DNA of 64,000 bases from Eubacterium sp. (GTDB lineage: Bacteria > Bacillota > Clostridia > Lachnospirales > Lachnospiraceae), in the NCBI GenBank assembly GCA_017480495.1, contig JAFVAQ010000035.1, positions 29,845 through 93,844 of the forward strand. Reading direction: 5' to 3'. The number at the start of each line of letters is the position of its first letter. Positions within the stretch are counted from its first letter, which is position 1. The notes beneath the pieces are model-generated. The model did not search any database and had not been told where the DNA came from. It saw only the letters and a program-made list of their open reading frames with translations. Of this stretch, positions 37,791-47,360 are shown one piece after another. Made by a program: the position numbers and the translations under genes.

Positions 37791-39551
37791 TTATTGAATT
37801 ATTTCAATAATGCCATCTATATCATAGTCTTCGTTAATTATTCTAATAGCCCTATCCAATTCTATTTTTCTTTCCAATTCGAAATTCAGAACAGGCATTA
37901 GTTTATCCATTACACCATCAACCTCATCATCCATTTTTTTCCGCCAATCTTTAAACGAATCATTTTCTTCTGGTTTTTTTATCACGACAGGAAATGTATA
38001 AAAGACACCATAAGGATTATATTTACTGTAACGATGCGCATATTGTTGTTTTTCAGAATCAGTCTTAACTGTATCATCTTCATCGTTATCATAAATAGGA
38101 AATATCACCCCTGAAGAACTTCCCAAAACAGATACCATATCGCGTAAACATTTATTATAATCATCAACTAAATCTTTATGGAACAAGCCATTCAACGTCG
38201 CTCCCCACTGAGGTCTATACTTAGCATCTAAAATAAAAAACCTTGACTCCCCGCTTTCATCATCCGCCGAATATCGAAATACATAATCTGGTTTTGTAAG
38301 CTTTCCGCCTTCCCACTTCATATCTGTCATAACATATATTTTTTCTTGAGCCGACAATTCCATATCATATTGGCTATCTTCTGAATCTCTATATTTTCGC
38401 ATTCCTTTTCTAATATGCGATTCTAAATAATCTTCCCACAAATCCGGAACATAGTATAATATTCCATCTACATGTTCAGATATATTACCAAAAGGCGAAA
38501 CTCCTTCGTCTCTAAGTATCATCAAGCATGTCTTTTGAAGCTCTTTATATTCATAATAGAACGGATGAGAAATAGGCGTATTATTGCCAGCAATAATAGC
38601 CCTTCTATTATACTTAGGGTATCCTATTTCATACTTCAGCACTTGTAATTCGCGTTCAAAATCTAGATCAAAACTCAAAACAGAATCTACTATGTCTGGA
38701 TATTTGCTTTTGATGTATTCAAACGCTTCTAGTAACAAATGATTTAACATATTGTCTAAGGAGTTTTCTCTGAACGAGTACGCAACCTTCCCATTATCCA
38801 TCCCTATATTTAATCTAATATGTCGCGCAATATCTATACTACCCTTGAGCTTATTATCATTTCTCTCAAATCTTTGATATTTTTTAAAAAATCCTTTTAG
38901 TGATGCATCTCGAAAGCGTTGTACAAGAACCCACAACATGTAAAAATCAAATAATGATTCATAGTCAAAATCAACAGTCATTTTACTAAAACGGAGCTTT
39001 CCACTCATTAATAGATTAGCAATAAAATACGGCTTAGTTTGTTCAAGATTATTCCTATTCAAGCTATCAAAACGAGAATAAATTACGAGTTTGATTTTTA
39101 CTGTCTTTTTAGATTTAAACTGTTTAAGTAAACTTTCATCAGAAGAATCTAATTTTTCATCATCTTCATTCATTGAATAAAGCTTTTTAAAATCTTTTTT
39201 TGAATATTCTTTTCTAACAGTTCCAACAAGACTCCCAAAGAATCTCCATTCAGATGAATTATCTTTCTCCCCATCAGCATCATTTTTTATAGAACGATAA
39301 CTATTTGCAGACCATAGTTTGTAGTCTTCTTCTTTTGATTCAGGATTATCGCTATGACCAATACACAGCTCATCTCTATACTTATTTAAATCTATTAAAA
39401 GATTCCACAAAAGATTTTTGTAGTATTCATTTCCCTTAACATTGTCAACTTCTGTTTTACCATTTGATTGAACCGCTATAAATGCATTATCTATACTAGA
39501 GAAATCCTGACCATAAAATGCTATATCCCAATTTGCATTATTATTAATCAT
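37791..39551 (-). CDS. mcrC: McrC-family PD-(D/E)xK nuclease
   Basis: LKGSIDIARHI, LWEDYL, KPD...ILDAKY; ATGA overlap with mcrB. Confidence 0.85.
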   Translation of the reverse strand: MINNNANWDIAFYGQDFSSIDNAFIAVQSNGKTEVDNVKGNEYYKNLLWNLLIDLNKYRDELCIGHSDNPESKEEDYKLWSANSYRSIKNDADGEKDNSSEWRFFGSLVGTVRKEYSKKDFKKLYSMNEDDEKLDSSDESLLKQFKSKKTVKIKLVIYSRFDSLNRNNLEQTKPYFIANLLMSGKLRFSKMTVDFDYESLFDFYMLWVLVQRFRDASLKGFFKKYQRFERNDNKLKGSIDIARHIRLNIGMDNGKVAYSFRENSLDNMLNHLLLEAFEYIKSKYPDIVDSVLSFDLDFERELQVLKYEIGYPKYNRRAIIAGNNTPISHPFYYEYKELQKTCLMILRDEGVSPFGNISEHVDGILYYVPDLWEDYLESHIRKGMRKYRDSEDSQYDMELSAQEKIYVMTDMKWEGGKLTKPDYVFRYSADDESGESRFFILDAKYRPQWGATLNGLFHKDLVDDYNKCLRDMVSVLGSSSGVIFPIYDNDEDDTVKTDSEKQQYAHRYSKYNPYGVFYTFPVVIKKPEENDSFKDWRKKMDDEVDGVMDKLMPVLNFELERKIELDRAIRIINEDYDIDGIIEIIQ

Positions 39552-42500
39552 ATTAATTCTCCCTCTAGTATGTTTTGATCAGAAGACAGACCCGATTCAT
39601 CAACGTTGCCATTTTGTCGAGATAATATTTGTTCTATCACTTCTTTAAGTTTTTCATTATTATTTATATCACCATTTGCTTCTTTACCCTCACCCTCATA
39701 TTTGTTCTTTATTTTATCTACAACTGCATTGTAATCTTTAGAATCTTTAAAGAAATCATCAATTGCGTTACCTCTCGGAGCTTGCCTTAAACTAAATATA
39801 TCTTTTATTATTTTTTTCAAAGACTTATAAGATTCATCACCATTAGAACCGCCTGTTAACGCAGTTTTACAATCATCAATAAATCTCTCAGCATCATCTC
39901 TGCCACGAACATATTCTCTTAACAACGGCTCGACTTTACTACTCCAAATAGAATTGATATCATCTCCTTTAAAAAGCCCTTCAAAATAAGCTGGTCCAAC
40001 CTTGTAAGAATCTGCGGGTTTAAATATTCGTTGATATTCCTCTCTTTCAAACACTTCATTCATCTTACAAATATTATCTATATACTTGCTAGCTTTATCA
40101 TATCCACCATTATTCTTTTTTTCCATTCCTTTAAAGGCAGAATACAACAAAGGTTCATCTACATTTATATCCACCCAACGAAATCTTCTACGTAAAGCAA
40201 AGTCGAAAGTATCCACACTCCGATCAATATCATTCATAGTTCCAATAATGATTACATTGCCAGGGATATAGAATTCATCTTTATAAATGTCCTCCTCACT
40301 TGTATCTTCATAAGATTCGACATATAAATCATTAGAATTATCAGAATAGTATGTCGGAAGATTATTATACTGTGTAGCTATAGAGTTTTCTTTGCCTCTA
40401 TAACCTTCTTCCAAACAGTACATCAACTCACCAAAAACTTTTGATAAATCCGCACGATTTATCTCATCTATAATGAAATAGTATTTATTATCTTTATTTT
40501 CAGGTTTAGCCGCCAATCTACAGAACTTCTTAAACTCGCCATCCATCCTAACAAAACTTGTTGTATCAGAAGTTTCATCTCCATCTTTCTTTTTTATTTT
40601 TGCCGGTCTTAAACCCTCTACAAAATCAGTATAATCATATGATGGATGGAACTGAACCATACTAAAGCGAGTCTCATCTCCATTCACTTCTTTTTTAACA
40701 TATTCTTTTACAGCATAGGTTTTTCCTGTTCCTGGAGCTCCTGTAAGGACAAGCTGTTTACAACCATCCTGTATTAATTTATCTATTTTGCTTACTATAA
40801 TGTTCTCCTCTGAATTGTCGCCTCCATTATTGACGCCTTTTCCAGAAGGTACTTCTAAGGCACTTCTACAACTTTCAACAAAATCATTTGCTTCCTGTCG
40901 TCCTCTGACATACTCCCTTAATAATGGTTGAACTTTATCATTCCATATGGAAACTAGTGCATTATCAGGATTATCCGTTTTAAATAACCCTTCAAAATAC
41001 GATGGTCCAACCTTGTATGAATCTGGTGTTTTAAAAATATATGAATAATCATCAAATACATCATTCATTTTAATTATACGTTTTATATATTCGCCAGAAT
41101 TAGTATTAAAGCCAAAGTTTTTCTTCATCCCTTCAAATGTAGACTTGAGAAGAGCATCATCCACAATAACATCAATCCACTTGAATCGTCTTCGAAGCGC
41201 AAAATCAAAAGTATCCACACTTCGATCTATGTCATTCATAGTAGCAATTATTATGACATTTTCAGGGATATAAAATTTCTCTCTATATATGTCATTTTTA
41301 ATTATTTTAACATTTGAATTATCAGATTTATCTTTATTCACTTCATAAGTAGGAAGATTATTATATTGAGTGGAAATCTTATTATTTTCGCCACGATAAC
41401 CTTCTTCCAAACAGTACATTAATTCACCAAAAACCTTGGAGAGATCTGCACGATTTATCTCATCAATTATGAAATAATAATTATTCTCTTTATCTCCAGC
41501 TGCAATTCTACAAAACTTTTTAAACTCACCATCCATCCGGACAAACTGAGTTTTTCCATCAAGTTTTACAGGTCTAAGCCCCTCTACGAAATCCGTATAA
41601 TCATAAGATGGATGAAATTGAACCATTTTATAACGATTTAAATACTTTTCTTTTTTATCTCCATTTCCATCACTATCAGATTCCAGTTTATTAATTAGCT
41701 CATTCTTTAACTCTTTTAGCGTTTTATCCTTGTTGGTTACAATCACCTTATCACGTATTGCTTCTGTCACAATCTGCCAATCAACAAATTCCTTAGCAGA
41801 ATATGTTTTACCTGTACCTGGAGCACCTGTAAGTACCAATTGCTTACAACCCCCAAACACTAAATCATTTATTTTAAGAATTGTCGATGATATAACAATC
41901 CCATTCTGTTCAGCAATGTATAAAGAATTAAAAGAACTTTCAACTTTTTTCCACATTTCCTTTTTTTCTGTTTCGTTCCCATCAAAAATAACATATCTAT
42001 ATAATGCTTTAAGTTTCACAATAGCATTTGTATATTCCTGAACCAAATCCTGATAGTTCCTATCATCTGCATAATTTGATAAATCTATTTCGATTATCGG
42101 TTTATTATCTTCTGAAAACCCCAAACATTTTAGACTATCATCAATTACATTGTCATTAATTTTTGTTTTTAATTTTGTTACTCTGTCATAAAAACTTTCC
42201 CTTTGATTTGTTGTAGAATCACTATTCTCTATATCAAGACCAATATAAAAAGATGGATATTTTTTCGATGAAGGTTTAAACGAAACATAGTGTCCTATAA
42301 CTATTCCTTTTCCTATTAATTTAGCCCAAACATAATCAGTAATTCTACCAACTTTTCTGTCTGATCCACGTTTTTCATCCGATTGATTTTGTACCAATAA
42401 CTTATATTGCAACCCAGTTACTTTTTCTTCACACAAAATACAATCATTAGCTAAAGGAATAAGAAAGTTATCTCTAACATTATCAAATTTCTTTTGTAAA

Positions 42501-42655
42501 TCATTACCTTTTTCCCATACCCCTACTATACTGTAATTTTTTTCTGTATCGATTTGATCTCTACCTTCACCAAACCATACATCATATTTATTTTTAAAAT
42601 CCTCATACAAAGAACCTATATTTTTTATACCCTCACGCATTTGATTATTATCCAT
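39548..42655 (-). CDS. mcrB: McrB-family GTPase with two tandem AAA_5 domains
   Basis: Two copies of GAPGTGKT, VQFHPSYDYTDFVEG, IIDEINRADL, TMNDIDRS (NxxD) and ALRRRF; start moved to ATG 42655. Confidence 0.9.
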   Translation of the reverse strand: MDNNQMREGIKNIGSLYEDFKNKYDVWFGEGRDQIDTEKNYSIVGVWEKGNDLQKKFDNVRDNFLIPLANDCILCEEKVTGLQYKLLVQNQSDEKRGSDRKVGRITDYVWAKLIGKGIVIGHYVSFKPSSKKYPSFYIGLDIENSDSTTNQRESFYDRVTKLKTKINDNVIDDSLKCLGFSEDNKPIIEIDLSNYADDRNYQDLVQEYTNAIVKLKALYRYVIFDGNETEKKEMWKKVESSFNSLYIAEQNGIVISSTILKINDLVFGGCKQLVLTGAPGTGKTYSAKEFVDWQIVTEAIRDKVIVTNKDKTLKELKNELINKLESDSDGNGDKKEKYLNRYKMVQFHPSYDYTDFVEGLRPVKLDGKTQFVRMDGEFKKFCRIAAGDKENNYYFIIDEINRADLSKVFGELMYCLEEGYRGENNKISTQYNNLPTYEVNKDKSDNSNVKIIKNDIYREKFYIPENVIIIATMNDIDRSVDTFDFALRRRFKWIDVIVDDALLKSTFEGMKKNFGFNTNSGEYIKRIIKMNDVFDDYSYIFKTPDSYKVGPSYFEGLFKTDNPDNALVSIWNDKVQPLLREYVRGRQEANDFVESCRSALEVPSGKGVNNGGDNSEENIIVSKIDKLIQDGCKQLVLTGAPGTGKTYAVKEYVKKEVNGDETRFSMVQFHPSYDYTDFVEGLRPAKIKKKDGDETSDTTSFVRMDGEFKKFCRLAAKPENKDNKYYFIIDEINRADLSKVFGELMYCLEEGYRGKENSIATQYNNLPTYYSDNSNDLYVESYEDTSEEDIYKDEFYIPGNVIIIGTMNDIDRSVDTFDFALRRRFRWVDINVDEPLLYSAFKGMEKKNNGGYDKASKYIDNICKMNEVFEREEYQRIFKPADSYKVGPAYFEGLFKGDDINSIWSSKVEPLLREYVRGRDDAERFIDDCKTALTGGSNGDESYKSLKKIIKDIFSLRQAPRGNAIDDFFKDSKDYNAVVDKIKNKYEGEGKEANGDINNNEKLKEVIEQILSRQNGNVDESGLSSDQNILEGELI

Positions 42656-42675
42656 TTTCCTTCTCCCTATAATTC

Positions 42676-42744
42676 TCATTGATGGTTTTGGCGCGTTTTC
42701 ATTGATGGTTTTGGCGCATTTTCGTTGATGACTTTGGCCGTTTT
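42676..42744. repeat. 23-bp tandem repeat, three copies, upstream of mcrB
   Basis: tcattgatggttttggcgcgttt / tcattgatggttttggcgcattt / tcgttgatgactttggccgtttt. Confidence 0.85.
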
Positions 42745-42750
42745 TACACC

Positions 42751-43665
42751 CTACACTTCTTCGTCATACATTCCCGGCTCTAAATCTCCACCTTCTTCAT
42801 CAGCCTCAAAATCTATTTTCGACATTTCAAACAGACTAGCCGGCGCCTTCTTTCCCTTCCTTGGCAGGAAGTACTCCTCTATAACCTCGTCTTTATCCAG
42901 GTCCACAAGTATTAATGAAATCTCCGAATTAACCGTTATTCCCTCGAGCATTTTTTTCACCAACTCGAATCCCTTGCGGTCAGCAAATGCCGCACTATTC
43001 TTTTTCTCTTTAAGAGAATCTGGTTCCCACACATCCCTTAGAAATAGATTTGTATTAAAATCGATATAATCTCTTTTATATCTTCTGCAAACCATCTCAT
43101 TATCTAGTTTTCTTTCTTCCGCCGGATCACAGTGGACTGATATCGCCCAATATTTTGGACTTTTATCGTGCATCTCATAACAGAAATGTGCTCTCGTCCT
43201 TAGTCCATACTTAAGTTCACGTTCATCCTCAAAATGAACAGAATGCGGTCTGAATAGTATACCCCTGTTAATTAATTCACTTTGAATACAATTCTTGATT
43301 TTGATTCTCGCATTACGGTATTCGAGATGTTCCTGTCTCCATTCATCAGTATCAAGATTTTTCACCGCCGGAGAATCCGCTGGAATCATTCCATTTGCTC
43401 TCATCAACTCTTCATAAGTAAGGTTTGCTGTCGGTACAGCATTTATAAAAATTGCATCTATCAATTCTCTCGAAAGCGGTTTAGTCATATTTCCATGCAT
43501 AATTCTCGAAAAGGATGATGCTGTTATCACACCACACTTTTCAGCAAACTCAACCATAGTCCTAGACTCTCCTTTAGCTCTGTTTATACATTCTGCAAGC
43601 TTCATTTTATCTGGAACCAGTGCAGCAACATACTCCCTTTTCATATCGTTATAATCTTCCACCAT
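42751..43665 (-). CDS. Hypothetical protein with N-terminal XRE-like HTH
   Basis: RTMVEFAEKCGVITASSFSRIMHG; C-terminal domain not recognised. Confidence 0.65.
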   Translation of the reverse strand: MVEDYNDMKREYVAALVPDKMKLAECINRAKGESRTMVEFAEKCGVITASSFSRIMHGNMTKPLSRELIDAIFINAVPTANLTYEELMRANGMIPADSPAVKNLDTDEWRQEHLEYRNARIKIKNCIQSELINRGILFRPHSVHFEDERELKYGLRTRAHFCYEMHDKSPKYWAISVHCDPAEERKLDNEMVCRRYKRDYIDFNTNLFLRDVWEPDSLKEKKNSAAFADRKGFELVKKMLEGITVNSEISLILVDLDKDEVIEEYFLPRKGKKAPASLFEMSKIDFEADEEGGDLEPGMYDEEV

Positions 43666-43733
43666 TTTATCTACCTTTTTACCATAGTGTACTAGGTAAG
43701 TCCTTCCTATATTATTATCTAACTCAACGATTT

Positions 43734-43764
43734 TGAGTATGCAAAATCGAATTTTGCATACTCA
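43734..43764. promoter_or_regulatory. 14-bp perfect inverted repeat (candidate operator)
   Basis: tgagtatgcaaaat-cga-attttgcatactca. Confidence 0.55.
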
Positions 43765-43813
43765 TAATATCATATATAAAAGTTTTTTAAAAGGAAGAAC
43801 CAATTCATAAAAC

Positions 43814-44086
43814 TCAAACATTTGTTTCATTACAGAGTTCTTTTTCGAGTTTATACATATCATACCAATTCTCAGGTTCTATAATTTGATATTTTCTCTT
43901 ATTTTCAGGCAAAGCCATCTGTTCTTCTATGCACTGCTTTGTAGATTCAATCCATTCATCATCAGTTTGGTTATAAAAAGGTAGATTAAATTTCTTTACC
44001 CAATCTGATATTTTTTCACATTCAAATGTATCAATTTTCCAGTCCATATCAACAGATACCCTACTCTTTTCCACTACTTTAATCAT
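43814..44086 (-). CDS. Hypothetical protein (90 aa)
   Basis: GAGGTGA RBS; no recognised motif. Confidence 0.6.
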   Translation of the reverse strand: MIKVVEKSRVSVDMDWKIDTFECEKISDWVKKFNLPFYNQTDDEWIESTKQCIEEQMALPENKRKYQIIEPENWYDMYKLEKELCNETNV

Positions 44087-44120
44087 TAGAATTCACCTCA
44101 CAATATATATTTTTATTCTC

Positions 44121-44157
44121 CGCCTCATATTATTTATATTAGTAATAATATGAGGCG
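44121..44157. terminator. Hairpin downstream of the AAA+ gene
   Basis: cgcctcatattatt...aataatatgaggcg; no canonical 3' T-tract on minus strand. Confidence 0.45.
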
Positions 44158-44169
44158 AAAAAATTAGAT

Positions 44170-47022
44170 TTAAACCATAAATCCAATATGTCTCTTGGTT
44201 TCTGACCTGTCTTCTTCAAGTTCAGGAATGTCACACTCTTCTATAGTTGTAACGAGTTCAGTGGTGATCTCATTTTCATCTAGCTGAATCAGTCTCTCGG
44301 CAAGGTTCATTTCTGCCTCTTCCAGTACCTGACGGACATAACGACCATTTCCATAGTCATTTCTCTGGTAAACTGCTTCATACTGTTCTCTAAGTTTAGC
44401 AAGAGCTTCTTCAGTTATGGACATTTCCTTATTTTTGACCATGAGCTTAGTGATATCACACAGCTCGTCCACAGTATAGTCTTCAAAATGCAGCTTAAAG
44501 GCTATTCTGGAAGTCATTCCAGGGTTTCTCTCAAGGAACTCTCTCATAGGTTCTGGATAACCAGCAAAGATTACTATTGTATCTTCTCTGTTGTTTTCCA
44601 TTTCCTGGACAATGGTATTGATGGCCTCGTCACCGAAGCTATTCATGTTGTCATCACAGAGAGAATAAGCTTCATCAATGAAGAGTATGCCGCCCTTGGC
44701 TTCTTTGAATTTTTTCTTAACCAGCGGTGCAGTATGGCCAACAAACTGTCCCACGAGGTCAGCTCTACCAGCCTCAACAAATTTGCCGGATGGGAGTATT
44801 TTCTCATCCCTGAGAATTTCAGCAAGGAGTCTAGCTACTGTGGTCTTGGCAGTACCTGGATTACCAGTAAATACCATGTGCATGGAAACCTTGTCCTTAT
44901 GAATGCCTCTATCCATGCAAAGCTTATTCATTTTACAATGTGCTATAGCCTTATCCACCAGTTCTTTGACGGAGTTCAGGCCAATCATGTTCTTAAGCTC
45001 CTCATAAGCAGAGCCCACAGGTCTTTCCTTGACCTTTGTGCCACTCTCTTCAAGCTGAACTATATCCTCCTTTTCAAAGCGGAAGAGAGTTTCTTCTGAT
45101 ATATTTTCAGCATTTTGGTCGCTAGAAATGAGTCTTTTCGCCTGGTTTTGAATAGCCTGATCTAGAAGGTTTCTGGCATATCTACCATTTCCAAAGCCCT
45201 CTATAACTCTAGCCTTATCAAATACAGCTTTAGCTTCATTTACAGCTTCTTCTGTGAGTGTGAAACCACGTTCTTTGGTCATTTTCTTAAAGATTTCTGT
45301 TAGTTCATCTGCACTGTAGTCAGGAAAATCAACCCAATATGGAATTCTACTCTTCAGTCCTTCATTTTGCTCTATAAAATGGCCCATAGCTTTACTGTAG
45401 CCAGCAAAAATTAGGATTACACTATCTCTATGGTTTTCCATTTCCTGAACCAAGGTTGTGATAGTAGAGAAATTACAAAGGGCATAGGCCTCATCTATAA
45501 ATAGGACTCCACCCTTTGCCTCCCTGAAGAGGCCTCTGAGCATTTCAGGATTGTAATAGTTAAGGTCCATTCCACCACGCTCGATAAAGGCACCACTCTT
45601 AAGGATCCCCTTCTCCTTTGCTATTCTAGCGAAGAGCTTGGCAACTGTAGTTTTTGCGGTTCCTGGATTACCAGCAAAGATCATGTGCATAGAGCCAGCT
45701 TCATAGTCGCTACCCTTGTAGTTCTTTCTCTTCTTTTCTAGAATATTTGAAGCCAGTATGCTATCTATCTTCTTCTTCACTTTTTCCAGGCCAATCAGAT
45801 TCTGAAGCTTCTCATATGGAGAACCTACATCCTCGTCTCTATCTAGCATGAAGTCGCCAGCTATGGAGTTGTCATAAGCCTTCAGGATATTTTTCTTGAT
45901 GCACCATATGCCAAACTGATCATAAGCCTTGACAATATCTGTCTGAGAGAGCATTTCACCAGGAAAATGCTCTAGGTATTCTTTTGCTTGCTTAGCATAC
46001 TCAGAATAGTCAGAATTCTTGATCAGCTCCCTCATGTACTTGGTAGCTACAGCTCTGTCGCCCCTGCCCTCCTTCAGCATAATTGGGACAACGTAGTTAT
46101 AGATTTCTGGCAGAATCTGAAATGCAAAACCAGGATTTTCCTTATTGTAAGTAAAAATAAATAGGCATTCATTCTTATGACGTTTTAGAATCTTCAGGAT
46201 GTATTCACTGGTCATCATGTACTCAGAAGGCTTATGTCCAAATGCAGTAGAAAGATCTATGATCATGGCTCCACCGTAGTTATTTTCAATAATATCTTCA
46301 AAGCTGTTGGTTCTCTTGTATAGAAACGGCTGAATTTCAGTAAAAATACCGATACGTCTACTTCTAAGGCGTCCCGCATCGATAAGCTTCTGAGCTAACG
46401 TGTCCGCCATATCAATAGCCGCCTCTAGGCTGCCGCTTGATATAACATAATGCACCAGATTGGACTTATCTTCTATATCCAACTTGTGTTCCTCTATATT
46501 CTTCAGCTCCTTTACAAAGTCCGGATCATATATAGGGCAAAGCTTTCTCTTACTAGTAGAGATTATCTTTTCTTGAAGATTGAAATTAGCATCCTTTGTA
46601 TCATAGCGATATAGATCGTAAGGAATACAATTAGATATTTCAGCCATTTTTCCAACTGGTCCGATGCATTCTCTTCTTCTTGCCTCTAGAAGATGTTCGA
46701 AATAATCGAACATTGTAGCTTCTTCAGGATTTATCTTTAGTCTCTGAGCTACGAAAGATTCCTTGAAGGTATCTATGATATACTCCAGTGTCTCCTCAAA
46801 AGTGGTTTTTTTGTCATCAAAGGAAAATGTAGCCTGCAGCCCCTCTTCCTCTTCTCTATATATGAAGAAGGTCATGCCGTTCTTCATATTCTTATAAAAA
46901 TAGCCATTTATTCCACCTGCTGCATTGTCATCATAGAAACTGGAGTAATCGCGGAGACGAACTTTTGTCTTCTCCTTGATAACCTCTGCACTTACTGGGA
47001 TAGAACAATCAAAATAACGCAT
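44170..47022 (-). CDS. SpoVK/CbxX-like AAA+ ATPase with tandem domains and C-terminal IGF
   Basis: Two copies of MHM.F.GNPGTAKT, GG.LFIDEAY, VQEMEN.R and GNGRY.R; AAAGGAG RBS before ATG 47022; ends RHIGFMV. Confidence 0.9.
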   Translation of the reverse strand: MRYFDCSIPVSAEVIKEKTKVRLRDYSSFYDDNAAGGINGYFYKNMKNGMTFFIYREEEEGLQATFSFDDKKTTFEETLEYIIDTFKESFVAQRLKINPEEATMFDYFEHLLEARRRECIGPVGKMAEISNCIPYDLYRYDTKDANFNLQEKIISTSKRKLCPIYDPDFVKELKNIEEHKLDIEDKSNLVHYVISSGSLEAAIDMADTLAQKLIDAGRLRSRRIGIFTEIQPFLYKRTNSFEDIIENNYGGAMIIDLSTAFGHKPSEYMMTSEYILKILKRHKNECLFIFTYNKENPGFAFQILPEIYNYVVPIMLKEGRGDRAVATKYMRELIKNSDYSEYAKQAKEYLEHFPGEMLSQTDIVKAYDQFGIWCIKKNILKAYDNSIAGDFMLDRDEDVGSPYEKLQNLIGLEKVKKKIDSILASNILEKKRKNYKGSDYEAGSMHMIFAGNPGTAKTTVAKLFARIAKEKGILKSGAFIERGGMDLNYYNPEMLRGLFREAKGGVLFIDEAYALCNFSTITTLVQEMENHRDSVILIFAGYSKAMGHFIEQNEGLKSRIPYWVDFPDYSADELTEIFKKMTKERGFTLTEEAVNEAKAVFDKARVIEGFGNGRYARNLLDQAIQNQAKRLISSDQNAENISEETLFRFEKEDIVQLEESGTKVKERPVGSAYEELKNMIGLNSVKELVDKAIAHCKMNKLCMDRGIHKDKVSMHMVFTGNPGTAKTTVARLLAEILRDEKILPSGKFVEAGRADLVGQFVGHTAPLVKKKFKEAKGGILFIDEAYSLCDDNMNSFGDEAINTIVQEMENNREDTIVIFAGYPEPMREFLERNPGMTSRIAFKLHFEDYTVDELCDITKLMVKNKEMSITEEALAKLREQYEAVYQRNDYGNGRYVRQVLEEAEMNLAERLIQLDENEITTELVTTIEECDIPELEEDRSETKRHIGFMV

Positions 47023-47105
47023 AATAGCTCCTTTCTGCGCCTGTCGGCGCAATAAATACAAAATTATTTTGTGTTTGTTGTGTGTATTGCGAGTAAATTG
47101 TAAGT

Positions 47106-47135
47106 ATATTAGCATATTTGCGTTTTTCTTGTAAA
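47106..47135 (-). promoter_or_regulatory. sigmaA-like promoter of the AAA+ gene
   Basis: TTTACA-N18-TAATAT with TGn; homologous to 36936-36964. Confidence 0.65.
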
Positions 47136-47170
47136 TAGTTTTTTTGACTTTTTTCAAATTTTTTTGAAAA

Positions 47171-47335
47171 TGAGTATATAGGGACGGTTCTTATTTACTC
47201 ACTGAATGAGTATATGGGGACGGTTCTTATTTACTCACTTGCATTAAAGAGGAAAATAAATAAAAAAGAGACGCTTCTCATCCCCCACTTACCATAAAGG
47301 CAAGTGAGTAAATAAGAACCGTCCCTATATACTCA
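47171..47335. repeat. REP-like cluster (two direct and one inverted 31-bp units)
   Basis: Units at 47171, 47207 and inverted at 47305; first unit identical to the one at 35495. Confidence 0.9.
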
Positions 47336-47360
47336 TTCATCCGTCCCTAGTGGACTTAGT

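Noticed and set aside
42676-42744. 23-bp repeats as mini-CRISPR or iterons
   Set aside because: Head-to-tail with no spacers, and no rep or cas gene nearby
47023-47157. 45-codon N-terminal extension of the AAA+ ORF
   Set aside because: Runs through the promoter; the strong RBS precedes ATG 47022 (similar trimming applied at 3999, 5851, 36839, 37687, 42655 and 54982)
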